Part shown: in pieces, positions 1-9,406 of the stretch | How positions within the stretch are numbered: position 1 is the stretch's first letter | How the letters are laid out: each line of letters begins with the position of its first letter | Origin: an uncultured delta proteobacterium | Lineage (GTDB): Bacteria; Myxococcota_A; Polyangia; Polyangiales; Polyangiaceae | Assembly (NCBI GenBank): GCA_963696385.1 | Contig: CAVOKF010000008.1 | Span: 480,001 to 544,000 of the forward strand | Length of the DNA stretch: 64,000 nt | Reading direction: 5' to 3' | The notes under the pieces: generated by a model | Seen by the model: only the letters and a program-made list of their open reading frames with translations | What the model was told of the DNA's origin: nothing | The model's database searches: none | Program-made: the position numbers and the translations under genes

Positions 1-1
1 G

Positions 2-121
2 CTGCCGCTTTCGATCCTGTGCGCCGGACCGCGCGTGCCCGAAGACGTCTCTCCGGCGACCATGGGTGCGGTGCTCGATGCCCTCACGCGACGCAAAGAG
101 TCGAGCAAGGCGGCCGTATGA
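2..121 (+). CDS. flhF: Flagellar SRP-family GTPase FlhF, C-terminal fragment (partial at window edge)
   Basis: Frame from nt 2 reads LPLSILCAGPRVPEDVSPA...KAAV*, matching the FlhF/FtsY C-terminal G-x-x-VP(E/D)D motif; stop overlaps the fliA ATG (ATGA). Confidence 0.75.
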   Translation: MPLSILCAGPRVPEDVSPATMGAVLDALTRRKESSKAAV

Positions 122-834
122 GCGCCGTTCCGATAGCCGCCGAGGAGCGAGCGAAGGGGACACTCGACCGGCAAGCCTACGAGCATTACCTGCCGATGGT
201 CCGGCGCGCGGCGATGCGCCTCGCTCGTTCGGTTCCGCGCCACATCACCGTGGCCGATCTGGTCGGCTACGGATGGGTTGGATTGATCGAGGCCTATCGC
301 CGCGCCGACCCGGCGATGCCCCCGAACGAGTTCGACGCGTACGCCTCGTACCGCATTCGGGGCGCGATGCTCGACTACTTGCGCAATCTGGATCCGGCGA
401 CCCGCGAGGTCCGGCGCGCATCCCGCAAACTCACCGAAGCCCTGCGCGAACTGGCGAACGCCTTGGGACGGGCGCCCGAAGAGGAAGAGATCGCGGCCAA
501 GCTCGGAATCGACATGGAAGCCTATCAGACGCTGCTCTTGCGCATCGCGAACAGCGGCATGGCTCGGCTCGAGCTCATCGACCCGGACGAGATCGAGACG
601 GAAGGTACGGCGCCCACCGTCGAGGACGAAGTCAGCAGGAAGGAACTCGCGGCCGCCGTCGCGGAGGCCATCGACCGGCTACCCGCGAAATTGCGCCAAG
701 TTTTGGCTCTTTACTACCAAGAGGACTGCACGCTGCGAGAGATTGGAGCCGTGCTCGGGGTCACCGAGTCGCGCATCTCGCAGCTGCATTCCGAGGCCAT
801 GCATCGCCTGCGGGCGATGATCGGGAGGGCTTGA
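118..834 (+). CDS. fliA: RNA polymerase sigma-28 factor FliA/WhiG
   Basis: DLVGYGWVGLIEA, YASYRIRGAMLDYLR, region 4 LALYYQEDCTLREIGAVLGVTESRISQLHS. Confidence 0.95.
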   Translation: MSAVPIAAEERAKGTLDRQAYEHYLPMVRRAAMRLARSVPRHITVADLVGYGWVGLIEAYRRADPAMPPNEFDAYASYRIRGAMLDYLRNLDPATREVRRASRKLTEALRELANALGRAPEEEEIAAKLGIDMEAYQTLLLRIANSGMARLELIDPDEIETEGTAPTVEDEVSRKELAAAVAEAIDRLPAKLRQVLALYYQEDCTLREIGAVLGVTESRISQLHSEAMHRLRAMIGRA

Positions 835-837
835 ACG

Positions 838-1567
838 ATGAGCGATGGAATCTACGTGGCGCTGAGCGGGGCGATTGCACAGACGTCGGCTCTCGACGCC
901 ACCGCGAGCAATCTCGCCAATGCGTCCACGGACGGCTACCAGCGAATGCGCCCGATTTTTCGCGAGGCCCTCGCGCAGGCCGGCGGCAAAGGCACGGCGA
1001 TGCCGTCGGTGACGGCGTCCACCACGACGCTCGACACGACGCGCGGGGCCGTTCGGGTCACGGGTCGATCGCTCGACGTCACGCTACCGGACAAGTCGTA
1101 CCTGGCCGCGAGTACGACGAACGGCGAACGCTATACGCGTGCCGGATCGCTCGCCGTCGCGACCGACGGAACGCTGACGACCTCGCACGGCACCCCGGTC
1201 TTGGCAGACGACGGACGCCTCGATTAACACCAATCGGACCAAAGGCGAGATCACGATCACGCCGACCGGCGAAGTGCGGCAATGCGACGCGAAGATCGCG
1301 AGACTGCGCGTCGTGACGTTTGCCAATCCGGAACAACTGGCTCCCGAAGGCGGCTCCCTGCTCGCCACGACCGCCGGGGCCGGCGCCCCGTCGCCCTCGA
1401 CGGGAGAGCTTTCGATCGGCTCTCTCGAAGAGTCGAACACGTCGGTCGTCGGGTCGATGACCGAACTGGTGACCGAAGGCCGAAACTTCGACGCGTTCCA
1501 GCGGGCCATCGATGCGTTCCACGACGCGGACCACCTGCTGATGACCTCCGTACCGGGAGATCAATGA
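838..1567 (+). CDS. flgF: Flagellar basal-body rod protein FlgF, split by a frameshift near 1221 (probably an assembly error)
   Basis: N-terminal NLANASTDGY and YTRAGSL in one frame; C-terminal GSLEESNTSVVGSMTELV in the next frame. Confidence 0.85.
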
Positions 1568-1905
1568 AGCGATCGCGAGGCCCCGAAGAGCGAAGGCACA
1601 CGCCGCCGAAGCAGGCGCTGTGCGTCACGGCGAGCGACGTCGCGCGACTCGACATTCTTCAAGGTCTGCTGTCGACACTCAACGATCCCAAGGCGAGCGC
1701 CGCGAGTTTGGCGCGTTACGTCGAGCAATCGAGTGTGCTGTCCGCGCGCGTCGAGGTCCGTTTTCGACTGCGGAATCCGAACCGAGGCGTTCCCCCGATG
1801 GTGCAGCAGATTGCGATACTCGGCAATCGCGAGATCGAAAACGTGCTCCTCGAGCTTCTGGAGGACATCGTCACGTTGCACAGCGAGCTCGCGAACGTCG
1901 GTTGA
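1564..1905 (+). CDS. Small protein resembling the N-terminal half of an HDOD domain
   Basis: LLSTLNDPKASAASLARYVEQSSVLSARV...QQIAILGNREIENVL follows the HDOD helix pattern; ATGA overlap with flgF. Confidence 0.55.
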   Translation: MKRSRGPEERRHTPPKQALCVTASDVARLDILQGLLSTLNDPKASAASLARYVEQSSVLSARVEVRFRLRNPNRGVPPMVQQIAILGNREIENVLLELLEDIVTLHSELANVG

Positions 1906-1911
1906 GGGCGG

Positions 1912-2068
1912 CGACTCCGATCCCGACCTCGACCTCGACCTCGACTACCCCGACCCCGACCTCGACCTTACCCCGACCTCGACCCCGACCTTACCCCGAC
2001 CTCGACCTCGACCCCGACTTCGACCCCGATCCCGATCCCGATCCCGACCTAACCTCGACCTCGACCTC
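1912..2068 (+). repeat. Degenerate hexamer array (GACCTC/GACCCC/GATCCC)
   Basis: Visible tandem 6-mers starting just after the stop at 1905. Confidence 0.95.
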
Positions 2069-2108
2069 CGATTCGGCCCGGCACGTGCATGGCTGATGAG
2101 TGCACCCC

Positions 2109-2780
2109 ATGGGGAAGGACGCCAGCCCGAACATCGCGCCGATCGAGTCGAGAACCGTGCGCAACGTGGATCCGTGCCGGACGCCCGTGTCGCGCGTCGA
2201 GCTGCGATCGGCCATCGGCCGCGCCTACCGCCGAGTGACGGGTCAGGCCCCATCGAGCTCGATGCTCGACACGTTGACGGCGCAAGCCTCGCTGGAGACC
2301 GCGAGCGGCTCGCGCATGTACAACTTCAATTTCGGAGGCGTCAAAGGGGCCGGTCCGCACGGACAAACCGCCAATTGCATGACGCACGAAGTGATCGGGT
2401 CGCACGACACCGTGGTGCGGCAGGGGTTTCGTGCTTACGCGTCGATCGACGAAGGCGCCGAGGACTACGTGCGCCTGCTGTCGGGTCGGTTCGGCGGCGC
2501 CATGTCCAAGGCGCAAACGGGAGACCTCGACGGGTTCGCGCACGCACTCAAGACGGCCGGCTACTACACGGCGTCCGAAAGCGACTATGCGTCCGCACTC
2601 CACTCTTTGAGCGGTCAACCCGCTTCCGCCGCGACCAACGGCCTGCGACCGGCTCCGACGACCGCCGAGGCCCTCGCCACCGCCGGGTCGAATTACTCCA
2701 CCGCGGACGACCTATCGCGGGTTCTCGACGCGCTGTCGTCGTCGGCACTCCGGATCGCCGGACCCGCGCACGACGACTGA
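2109..2780 (+). CDS. GH73 glucosaminidase / FlgJ-like peptidoglycan hydrolase
   Basis: AQASLET (catalytic Glu), NFGGVKG, FRAYASIDEG, LKTAGYYT; flagellar context; no rod-binding domain seen. Confidence 0.8.
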   Translation: MGKDASPNIAPIESRTVRNVDPCRTPVSRVELRSAIGRAYRRVTGQAPSSSMLDTLTAQASLETASGSRMYNFNFGGVKGAGPHGQTANCMTHEVIGSHDTVVRQGFRAYASIDEGAEDYVRLLSGRFGGAMSKAQTGDLDGFAHALKTAGYYTASESDYASALHSLSGQPASAATNGLRPAPTTAEALATAGSNYSTADDLSRVLDALSSSALRIAGPAHDD

Positions 2781-2824
2781 GCTTAGGTAGGAATTCATAA
2801 ATCAGACGCTTCGACGCTTTCTCT

Positions 2825-2851
2825 TCAAGTCCCAAGTAAAACGGTCGTTTC
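2825..2851 (+). promoter_or_regulatory. Weak candidate sigma-28 promoter for fliC
   Basis: TCAA-N15-GTCGTTTC versus consensus TAAA-N15-GCCGATAA, in an AT-rich gap before fliC; poor -10 match. Confidence 0.3.
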
Positions 2852-2931
2852 AATTCACTGACGGGCAATGAGCCCCGCGGAGACCACGACGGCCCGCACC
2901 ATCCACTCACCTCCAAGAAGGAGAATTCACC

Positions 2932-3786
2932 ATGTCACTCTTCGTTCAGACCAACGTTTCTTCACTCGTTGCCCAGGAGAACTTCTCCGTCGCACAGACC
3001 AAACTCAACAAGACGATGGAGCAGCTGTCGAGCGGCTACAAGATCAACAGCGCCGCGGACGATGCCGCGGGCGTCGGCATTGCCAGCCGTCTAACGGCGC
3101 AGGTAGCCGCGTATTCGAGCGCATCGCAGAACGCGAACAACGCCATCTCGATGACGCAGACCGCCGACGACGGCGCTTCTCAGATCAGCGACATCCTGAC
3201 CCGCCTCAGCCAGCTTGCGGTCGAGGGTTCGGACGGCACGATGAGCGCGAGCGACTCGGCAAACCTGCAGCAGGAGTTCGCGGCCCAGGTGCAAGAGATC
3301 ACCAACATCGCGAGCAACACCACGTTCAACGGCATCAACCTGCTCGCGGGCGCAGCGCAAACCGCTGCCGCCGCCACGAACTTCCAGGTCGGCATCTCCA
3401 CCGGCGCGGCTAACCAGGTGTCCGTGTCCTTCGGCGGCGCGGACGCGACCGACCTCGTCGCGAACGGCGCTCTGGCATCGTGCTCGGTCAATAGCGCGGG
3501 CGATGCCGAGGCCGCGATCGGCGTCATCAACACGGCCATCCAAAACCTCAGCGCCATCCGCGCTGGCTTCGGTGCCGGCATGGACGCGCTCCAGGACACC
3601 GTCTCGAACCTGAGCTCGATGTCGACGAACACGTCGGCCGCTCTGAGCAACGTTCAGGACGTCGATGTAGCTTCGGCTACGGCGTCTCTCGCGCAGGAGC
3701 AAGTCGTCTCCCAAGCCGGCGAGGCGATCTTGGCGCAAGCGAATCAGCAACCGCAGTTGGCAGTCAGCCTGATCCACGGCCAGTAA
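2932..3786 (+). CDS. fliC: Flagellin (short, 284 aa)
   Basis: LSSGYKINSAADDAAG, TTFNGINLL, DVDVAS...AILAQANQ; AAGGAG RBS. Confidence 0.97.
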   Translation: MSLFVQTNVSSLVAQENFSVAQTKLNKTMEQLSSGYKINSAADDAAGVGIASRLTAQVAAYSSASQNANNAISMTQTADDGASQISDILTRLSQLAVEGSDGTMSASDSANLQQEFAAQVQEITNIASNTTFNGINLLAGAAQTAAAATNFQVGISTGAANQVSVSFGGADATDLVANGALASCSVNSAGDAEAAIGVINTAIQNLSAIRAGFGAGMDALQDTVSNLSSMSTNTSAALSNVQDVDVASATASLAQEQVVSQAGEAILAQANQQPQLAVSLIHGQ

Positions 3787-3801
3787 TCCGCACTTTCGTG
3801 A

Positions 3802-3863
3802 TTGACGCGCGCCGCGCGTCGTCCCTCGCTGGTCGAGGGGCGGCGCGCGGGCTGGCGCGTTAA
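3802..3863 (+). terminator. Long GC-rich stem-loop after fliC (terminator, attenuator or mRNA stabiliser)
   Basis: ccgcgcgtcgtccctcg-ctggt-cgaggggcggcgcgcgg pairs with G-U wobbles; outer ttgacgcgc/gcgcgttaa arms. Confidence 0.6.
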
Positions 3864-3928
3864 AAGGTCCTTTCGGTCCGAGCGTCCGCTCATCGCCGCG
3901 CACCCCTTTTGCGGGAGCACTTCATTCA

Positions 3929-5284
3929 ATGACCACCACCAGCCCCACCATCAGCCTATCGTCGCTCGGTCTCGGATCGGGCATCGACGACGCGTCGATC
4001 ATCAGCCAGTACGTCGCGATTCAACAGGCTCCCATCACGGCGATTCAGACCGAGCAGACGAACGTCACGAGCGCGTCGTCGACGATCTCGAGCTTTTCGT
4101 CGCTCCTGTCCACGCTGCAGACCGCAGCGCAAAGCCTGGCGGACCCGACGCAGTATGCTTCGACCACCGCCACGTCGAGCAGTCCATCGGTTGTGGCATC
4201 GGCCAGCTCGGACGCCGTGCAGGGCACCTACTCGGTGCAAGTCACGCAGCTCGCCCAAGCGCAACTGACCTATAGCAACCCGCAGTCGTCGAGCAGCAAC
4301 GCCCTCGGCATCTCGGGAACGCTCGGCATCACGGTCGGGGGACAAACCGTCAACGTACCGATAGGCAGCGGCGATTCTTTGGCGACGATCGCTTCGAACA
4401 TTTCGTCGAGCGGCGCGCCCGTGACGGCTTCGGTCGTCTTCGACGGGACGAACTACCGGCTCCAGGTGCAAGGCAATGCCACGGGTTCCGCGAACGCCGT
4501 ATCCTTCAACGAAAGCGGATTCTCGCTCGGCCTCTCGACGTCCGGGAACACCTACCAGCCCGCGCAGAACGCCGTCGCGACCGTCAACAACATTCAGGTG
4601 ACGAGCTCCACCAACCAGATTTCGGGTGCCATTCCTGGCGTAACACTTGCAGCGACCAGCACGATGTCCAGCCCGGGCACGGTCACAGTGGCGAGCGACC
4701 CGAGCGCGATCGCCACGAGCGTGTCGGCCTTCGTGACGGCTTACAACAACGTGGTGACCGCGGGACACACCGACGCGGGGTTCGGATCGACGGCGGCGAC
4801 GAATTCGCTGTTGACCGGAGATCAAGCGATCGGCGCTTCGCTCAATCAGCTTTCGAGCCTCATCGCGTCGAACGTCCCGGGCACGGACTCGAACTTTCAA
4901 AACCTCGCGAGCGTCGGAGTCACGCTCAACAACGATGGGACGCTCTCGCTCGACCAGAGTACGCTCACCTCGGCCATCCAGTCCGATCCGTCGGGGGTCC
5001 AGAGTCTCTTCGTCACCAGCGCGGCCACCGGATCGACCGGAATCATGGGGACGATCGGCAACACCATCACCTCGCTGACCACAGGCCCGTCGTCGGTCAT
5101 ACAGGCTGAGATCAACGCGTTTACGACGAAGAACACGGAGCTGACGGCAAGCATCCAGTCGATGCAGGCGCGCATCACGATCTACCAGACCCAATTGGAA
5201 AATGAATTTACGACCATGGAGGAGACCGTTCAAACGGACAAGACCGCCTTCACCAACCTGGGCGGCACCGGGACCTTCGTGTGA
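3929..5284 (+). CDS. fliD: Flagellar filament cap protein FliD
   Basis: LGLGSGID, GTYSVQVTQLAQAQ, AIPGVTL, FVTAYN, LASVGVTLNNDGTLSLD; lies between fliC and fliS. Confidence 0.95.
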   Translation: MTTTSPTISLSSLGLGSGIDDASIISQYVAIQQAPITAIQTEQTNVTSASSTISSFSSLLSTLQTAAQSLADPTQYASTTATSSSPSVVASASSDAVQGTYSVQVTQLAQAQLTYSNPQSSSSNALGISGTLGITVGGQTVNVPIGSGDSLATIASNISSSGAPVTASVVFDGTNYRLQVQGNATGSANAVSFNESGFSLGLSTSGNTYQPAQNAVATVNNIQVTSSTNQISGAIPGVTLAATSTMSSPGTVTVASDPSAIATSVSAFVTAYNNVVTAGHTDAGFGSTAATNSLLTGDQAIGASLNQLSSLIASNVPGTDSNFQNLASVGVTLNNDGTLSLDQSTLTSAIQSDPSGVQSLFVTSAATGSTGIMGTIGNTITSLTTGPSSVIQAEINAFTTKNTELTASIQSMQARITIYQTQLENEFTTMEETVQTDKTAFTNLGGTGTFV

Positions 5285-5372
5285 GAGCCCCCGCGGGGGA
5301 TCTTGTAGCATTGCCAACCGTTCATTGGGCTGAGTTCCCGCGGAACTTCAGATTAGGAAATTTTGAGGATTC

Positions 5373-5804
5373 ATGAACCTGCCGACCCAAGGTCTTGCGC
5401 GCTACGGCGCCGTCAGCGTCACGACGGCATCCCCCGGACAGATCGTGGTCATGCTCTACGACGGCCTCTTTCGCTTCCTGCGCGAAGCGATGGTGGCCAT
5501 GGAGGCGAAGGACCGCGCCAAGACGGCCGAGCGAACCAACCGTTCGATCGCGATCCTCGAGCAGCTTTTGGTCGGACTCGACCGCTCGGTGTTTCCGAGC
5601 TTGTGCGACAAACTCGAGCCTCTTTATGCGTTTTGCATGCGCCACATCGTGGAGGCGAACGCGCATCGGGACCCCGCCGGCCTAGCCGACGTCATCCGCA
5701 TCCTGACGCCTTTGCGGGAAGCGTGGGTCGTCGCCTCCGACCAGGTCGCGCGCGATGCGCGGGCGAAGACCGCACCGGCACAGGTGTCGCAGACAACCGG
5801 CTGA
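5373..5804 (+). CDS. fliS: Flagellin export chaperone FliS
   Basis: VTTASPGQIVVMLYDG, LEPLYAFC, LTPLREAW. Confidence 0.95.
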   Translation: MNLPTQGLARYGAVSVTTASPGQIVVMLYDGLFRFLREAMVAMEAKDRAKTAERTNRSIAILEQLLVGLDRSVFPSLCDKLEPLYAFCMRHIVEANAHRDPAGLADVIRILTPLREAWVVASDQVARDARAKTAPAQVSQTTG

Positions 5805-5810
5805 AAAGGC

Positions 5811-7443
5811 ATGTCCACCTCGGCGACGTCAGTCGGATCGCGTTCGAACGATCTGCCTAAAGCTCTCTCGACGCTTCTAGTCCAGCTCCACGAACTCGCC
5901 GGTGTCTCCGACGCGATCGTCGATCTCGTCAAAAGCAAGCCCGAACTGGACCCAATTCTGGAGCTCGCCAAGCGCTCCGCCGAGCTCAATGCCAAGGTCG
6001 CGCAAGCGAGTCCCGCCGCACGCGCGTGCGCGATTCCGCCCGGACGCGAAGGGGCGGCGTTGCTGGCGCTGATCAAGGAGTACAACACGCGGATTCAGGC
6101 CGGGATTCAGGCGAAGGACATGATCCTCAGCTACTGGAGGACGGTCGACACCTTCGCCCCTCACTTCGTCGCCAACGCCATCGAGAACCTCGCGAGCGTG
6201 GCAGCGTGGCCGTCGATGGCTCGGTTTCGCGACGCTTTTCGAGGCCAACCGGCCGTCATCGTTTCGGCCGGACCTTCGCTTGACAAGAACATCGACGTCA
6301 TCCGCCGCTTCCAAGGCAAAGCGCTGATCATCGCCGTCAGCCACTCGCTTTTGGCCTTGCACCGTGCCGGAATCGTGCCCGATATGGTCGTCGTACTCGA
6401 GTCGCAAGACGTCCGGTACCACTTCGACGGGGTCCCACTGGGCCCCATCGGAGCCCTGGTGCTCGGCGCGTCCGTGCGACCGGAGCTCTTTGCGCTGCCC
6501 GCGGAGCGGTTCATCTCGTTCGCCGCCAACCCGATGATTGACACCTGGGTCTACGATGGGCTCGAGGAACGCGTGCCGCTGCGCGTGGGGGGCTCAGTGT
6601 CGACCGTCGCGTTGAGTATCGCGACGCACTTCGGCTGCGATCCGGTCATCGTCGTCGGACAGGACCTGTCGTTCTCTGCCGGCCGTTACTATGCCGCGAC
6701 GACCTGCGACGGCGACGCGCGCGTCGCGATCACGCCCGAGGGGGCCGGCCTGGTGGTCGAAGCGAGCGAGGCGTACAAGAAGCTCGAACCCAAGGGCCCC
6801 GAGAACATTTTTTTGCGCGAAGTCCCCGGTTATTATGGGGGGACCGTGCCGACGTCAATGTCGCTCCTCAGGGCGTGGGCCTGGTTCGTCGACGAGGCGG
6901 GCAGGCAGTCGGGGCAACGCACGCTGCTCAACTGCACCGAAGGGGGCGCTTTCATCGAAGGGATGGAACACGTGCCGCTTGAGCAAGCCGCGGAGCGGTA
7001 CGCGCGGGAACCGGTCCAGGTCCGGGCCACGCTCGATCGCGCCGTCCGAGAGATTCGATCGCGGCGCACGACGTCGGCGCATGTACGAGCGGGTCACCGA
7101 AATGCGGACGACGCTCGGCGAATGCATCGAGCGAGCTCGCCGATGCCACACCCTAGCCACGCGGGCCAGGCACCGCCCCGCTCGGCTGACCCAGCTGGAC
7201 GCGGCCGAGCGAGAGCTCACCCGCTCTCTCGAGTCGATGGCGTTCCTTTCGACGATGATGCAGCCAGAATTCCGTAGTGCGATGGCTGCGGGCAAAGAGG
7301 CAACGTCGGTCGGAGAGGGATTGGACGCGTCAATCCGGCTCTTCGACATGATCGCTAAGACTGCTCAAGCCCTGCGGGCGCCGATCGAGCGGGCTCACGA
7401 GGACCTTGAGCGCGCGACCCTCGCCGCATCACGTTCGACATAG
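5811..7443 (+). CDS. maf: Motility-associated factor (Maf/DUF115) flagellin glycosyltransferase; frameshift at about 7052-7056
   Basis: AVIVSAGPSLDKNI, GGSVSTVA, GCDPVIVVGQDLSF, LLNCTEGGAFIEG; helical C-terminus continues in another frame to 7443. Confidence 0.85.
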
Positions 7444-7505
7444 TCGCGTCATGGCTCACCGGCGACGCTGCCGGACACGCCGATCGCCACGCCATTCGTT
7501 GCCGA

Positions 7506-8417
7506 TCAACGGTGCGCGAGCGGCGGCCACTTCGAGGGATCGACCACCGCGTCCGGGAGATCCGGCACGATCGCCGCGAGATCGGCGAGATCACTCGGGT
7601 CGAGAGCCGCTCGCGCCCAGGTTTGGAGGTTCGCTTCGAGCTGCGCTTCGCTCTCCATTCCGACGACGATCGGCAGTGCGCACGTGTCTCGCATGTAGAG
7701 CAGGAAAGCCTCGGCCACCGTCATTTGCCGGGGCCGGGCCCAGCGTGCGATGGCCGCCAGCACGGGTCGCAGCGGTTCGAGATACGGCGGCAGATCCTGG
7801 GGCGACAGGTGCGCGACGCCTTGCAAAAAAACGCTGCGCACGAATACCCTTTTTCCGGCTGCCCGGGCGCGATCGACGAAGCCGGCGCGCGTCAAACGCG
7901 CGTCGACAAGGCTCATCGCCACTTGCACGACGTCGACATCCTGCGTGTCGAGGGCTTCGATCGCCTCGGCCGGATTGCGGGCCGAAATTCCGAGAGAGCC
8001 GATGATGCCCGATCGACGCAAATCACCGAGCACGCGCCATGCGGCACCGCCCGCGGCGAGCCGGTCGCCCGGGTCGTGCAAGAGCACGGCTTCGAGGCGG
8101 CCTCGCCGCAACGCCGCGAGGCTCTGGTCGATCGCTCGGCGTACCGCTTCGGCGCCCGCGATCGGGTCGGCGCCAGCCGTGCCCAGCGGCGCAACCTTGG
8201 TCACGATCGCGAAGCGGTGGTCCTCTCCCACGACCGCTCCGACGACCGACTCGCTTTGTCCGTACGCACGCGCGGTGTCGAGTGTCGTAATCCCCGCCTC
8301 GGCGGCGCGCGCGACAATCCTCCGGACCGCCGGCAGGCCGGGGATACCCGTGCGATTGGCGATTCCGTAGGGCATGCCCCACTGGGCGGTGCCGACGACG
8401 ATGCGCTCCGCCGTCAC
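7506..8417 (-). CDS. Aldo/keto reductase
   Basis: IVVGTAQWGMPYG, TLDTARAYGQSE, IVTK, VLLHDP, RSVFLQG; GTG start overlaps the SDR stop. Confidence 0.88.
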   Translation of the reverse strand: MTAERIVVGTAQWGMPYGIANRTGIPGLPAVRRIVARAAEAGITTLDTARAYGQSESVVGAVVGEDHRFAIVTKVAPLGTAGADPIAGAEAVRRAIDQSLAALRRGRLEAVLLHDPGDRLAAGGAAWRVLGDLRRSGIIGSLGISARNPAEAIEALDTQDVDVVQVAMSLVDARLTRAGFVDRARAAGKRVFVRSVFLQGVAHLSPQDLPPYLEPLRPVLAAIARWARPRQMTVAEAFLLYMRDTCALPIVVGMESEAQLEANLQTWARAALDPSDLADLAAIVPDLPDAVVDPSKWPPLAHR

Positions 8418-9211
8418 CACGCGGTCCAGCCTCCGTCGACACCGATATTCTGCCCGGTGACGAAGCTCGACGCCGGAGCCAACAGGAAATGCACGGCGCC
8501 GGCCACTTCGTGAGCTTCGCCGATGCGTCCGAGCGGGACCTGGGCACAGAGCGCCGCCACGAACGACGCCTGGGCTGCGGGCGCACCCCACGGGAAGGGG
8601 CCAGGCGACACGCAGTTGACTCGAATTCCAGACGCCGCCAGGTGGCAGGCGGCATACCGGGTAAATTGCACGACACCGGCTTTCGCGGCGCCGTACGCCG
8701 GCGGATTGTGAAAGTGCGGGTGGTCGCGATACAGGGAAGGACGCGGGGAGACCGTCGCGTACATGGTGGCGATGTTGACGACCGCGCCCCGCGTTCCCCG
8801 CGCCATCCAACGCTGGGTGACGGCGTCGGTCGCGAGCATGACCATCGTCAACCCACCCCTGACGGTGCTCTCGACCTGATCCCGATCCAGATGACCGAGC
8901 AGGCCTCCGCCGGCGCCCGAATAGGCGTTATTGACCCAACCGTCGAACCGACCGGCTTCCGCTTCGACGCGGTCAATCGCGGCCGCCAATTCATGGTCAA
9001 TCGACACGTCGGCGGCGTGGGCCACGATCCGTCCGGCAAGCCCTTGGGCCCGACCCTCTCGTTCGACCGCCTCGAGCGGCGCCAAGCGCCGACCCACCGC
9101 AATCACCGTCGCCCCCGCCTGCGCGAGGGCGAGCGCGATGGGTCGACCGAGGTGCCCCCCCGCGCCGGTCACGCCGATGCCCATCCCCGACAAATCGAAC
9201 GGCTGAACCAT
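8414..9211 (-). CDS. SDR family oxidoreductase
   Basis: VTGAGGHLG, VNNA, YGAAK, IRVNCVSPG, VTGQNIGVDGG. Confidence 0.92.
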   Translation of the reverse strand: MVQPFDLSGMGIGVTGAGGHLGRPIALALAQAGATVIAVGRRLAPLEAVEREGRAQGLAGRIVAHAADVSIDHELAAAIDRVEAEAGRFDGWVNNAYSGAGGGLLGHLDRDQVESTVRGGLTMVMLATDAVTQRWMARGTRGAVVNIATMYATVSPRPSLYRDHPHFHNPPAYGAAKAGVVQFTRYAACHLAASGIRVNCVSPGPFPWGAPAAQASFVAALCAQVPLGRIGEAHEVAGAVHFLLAPASSFVTGQNIGVDGGWTAW

Positions 9212-9406
9212 GATGCGCTCGGGTGAGGCTACTCAAAGCGCACGCTCGGGCGCAAAGGCCTTCGAAGCAGACGCCATGGCCTTGACGCTGCCACGGGCCT
9301 GACGGAGGCGGATTCGCACCCACCTCGAGCCATCGCCCCGTTGCGGGGCACGGCCTGGATCCTCGCCACGAACGAGCGCGGTACACACGTTGCTAGGGAG
9401 GACGAG

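Noticed and set aside
838..1567. flgF pseudogene as evidence of flagellar decay
   Set aside because: A single-base indel like those in unrelated housekeeping genes here; neighbouring flagellar genes are intact
1912..2068. Repeat arrays as CRISPR
   Set aside because: Period is 6 nt with no unique spacers, and there are no cas genes in the window
6808..6842. T7 and G6 runs in maf as phase-variation tracts
   Set aside because: Short and in frame; the actual frameshift is about 200 nt away
7052..7056. Programmed ribosomal frameshifting at the split genes
   Set aside because: No slippery heptamers; the motif occurs on either strand relative to the gene, which points to a DNA-level cause
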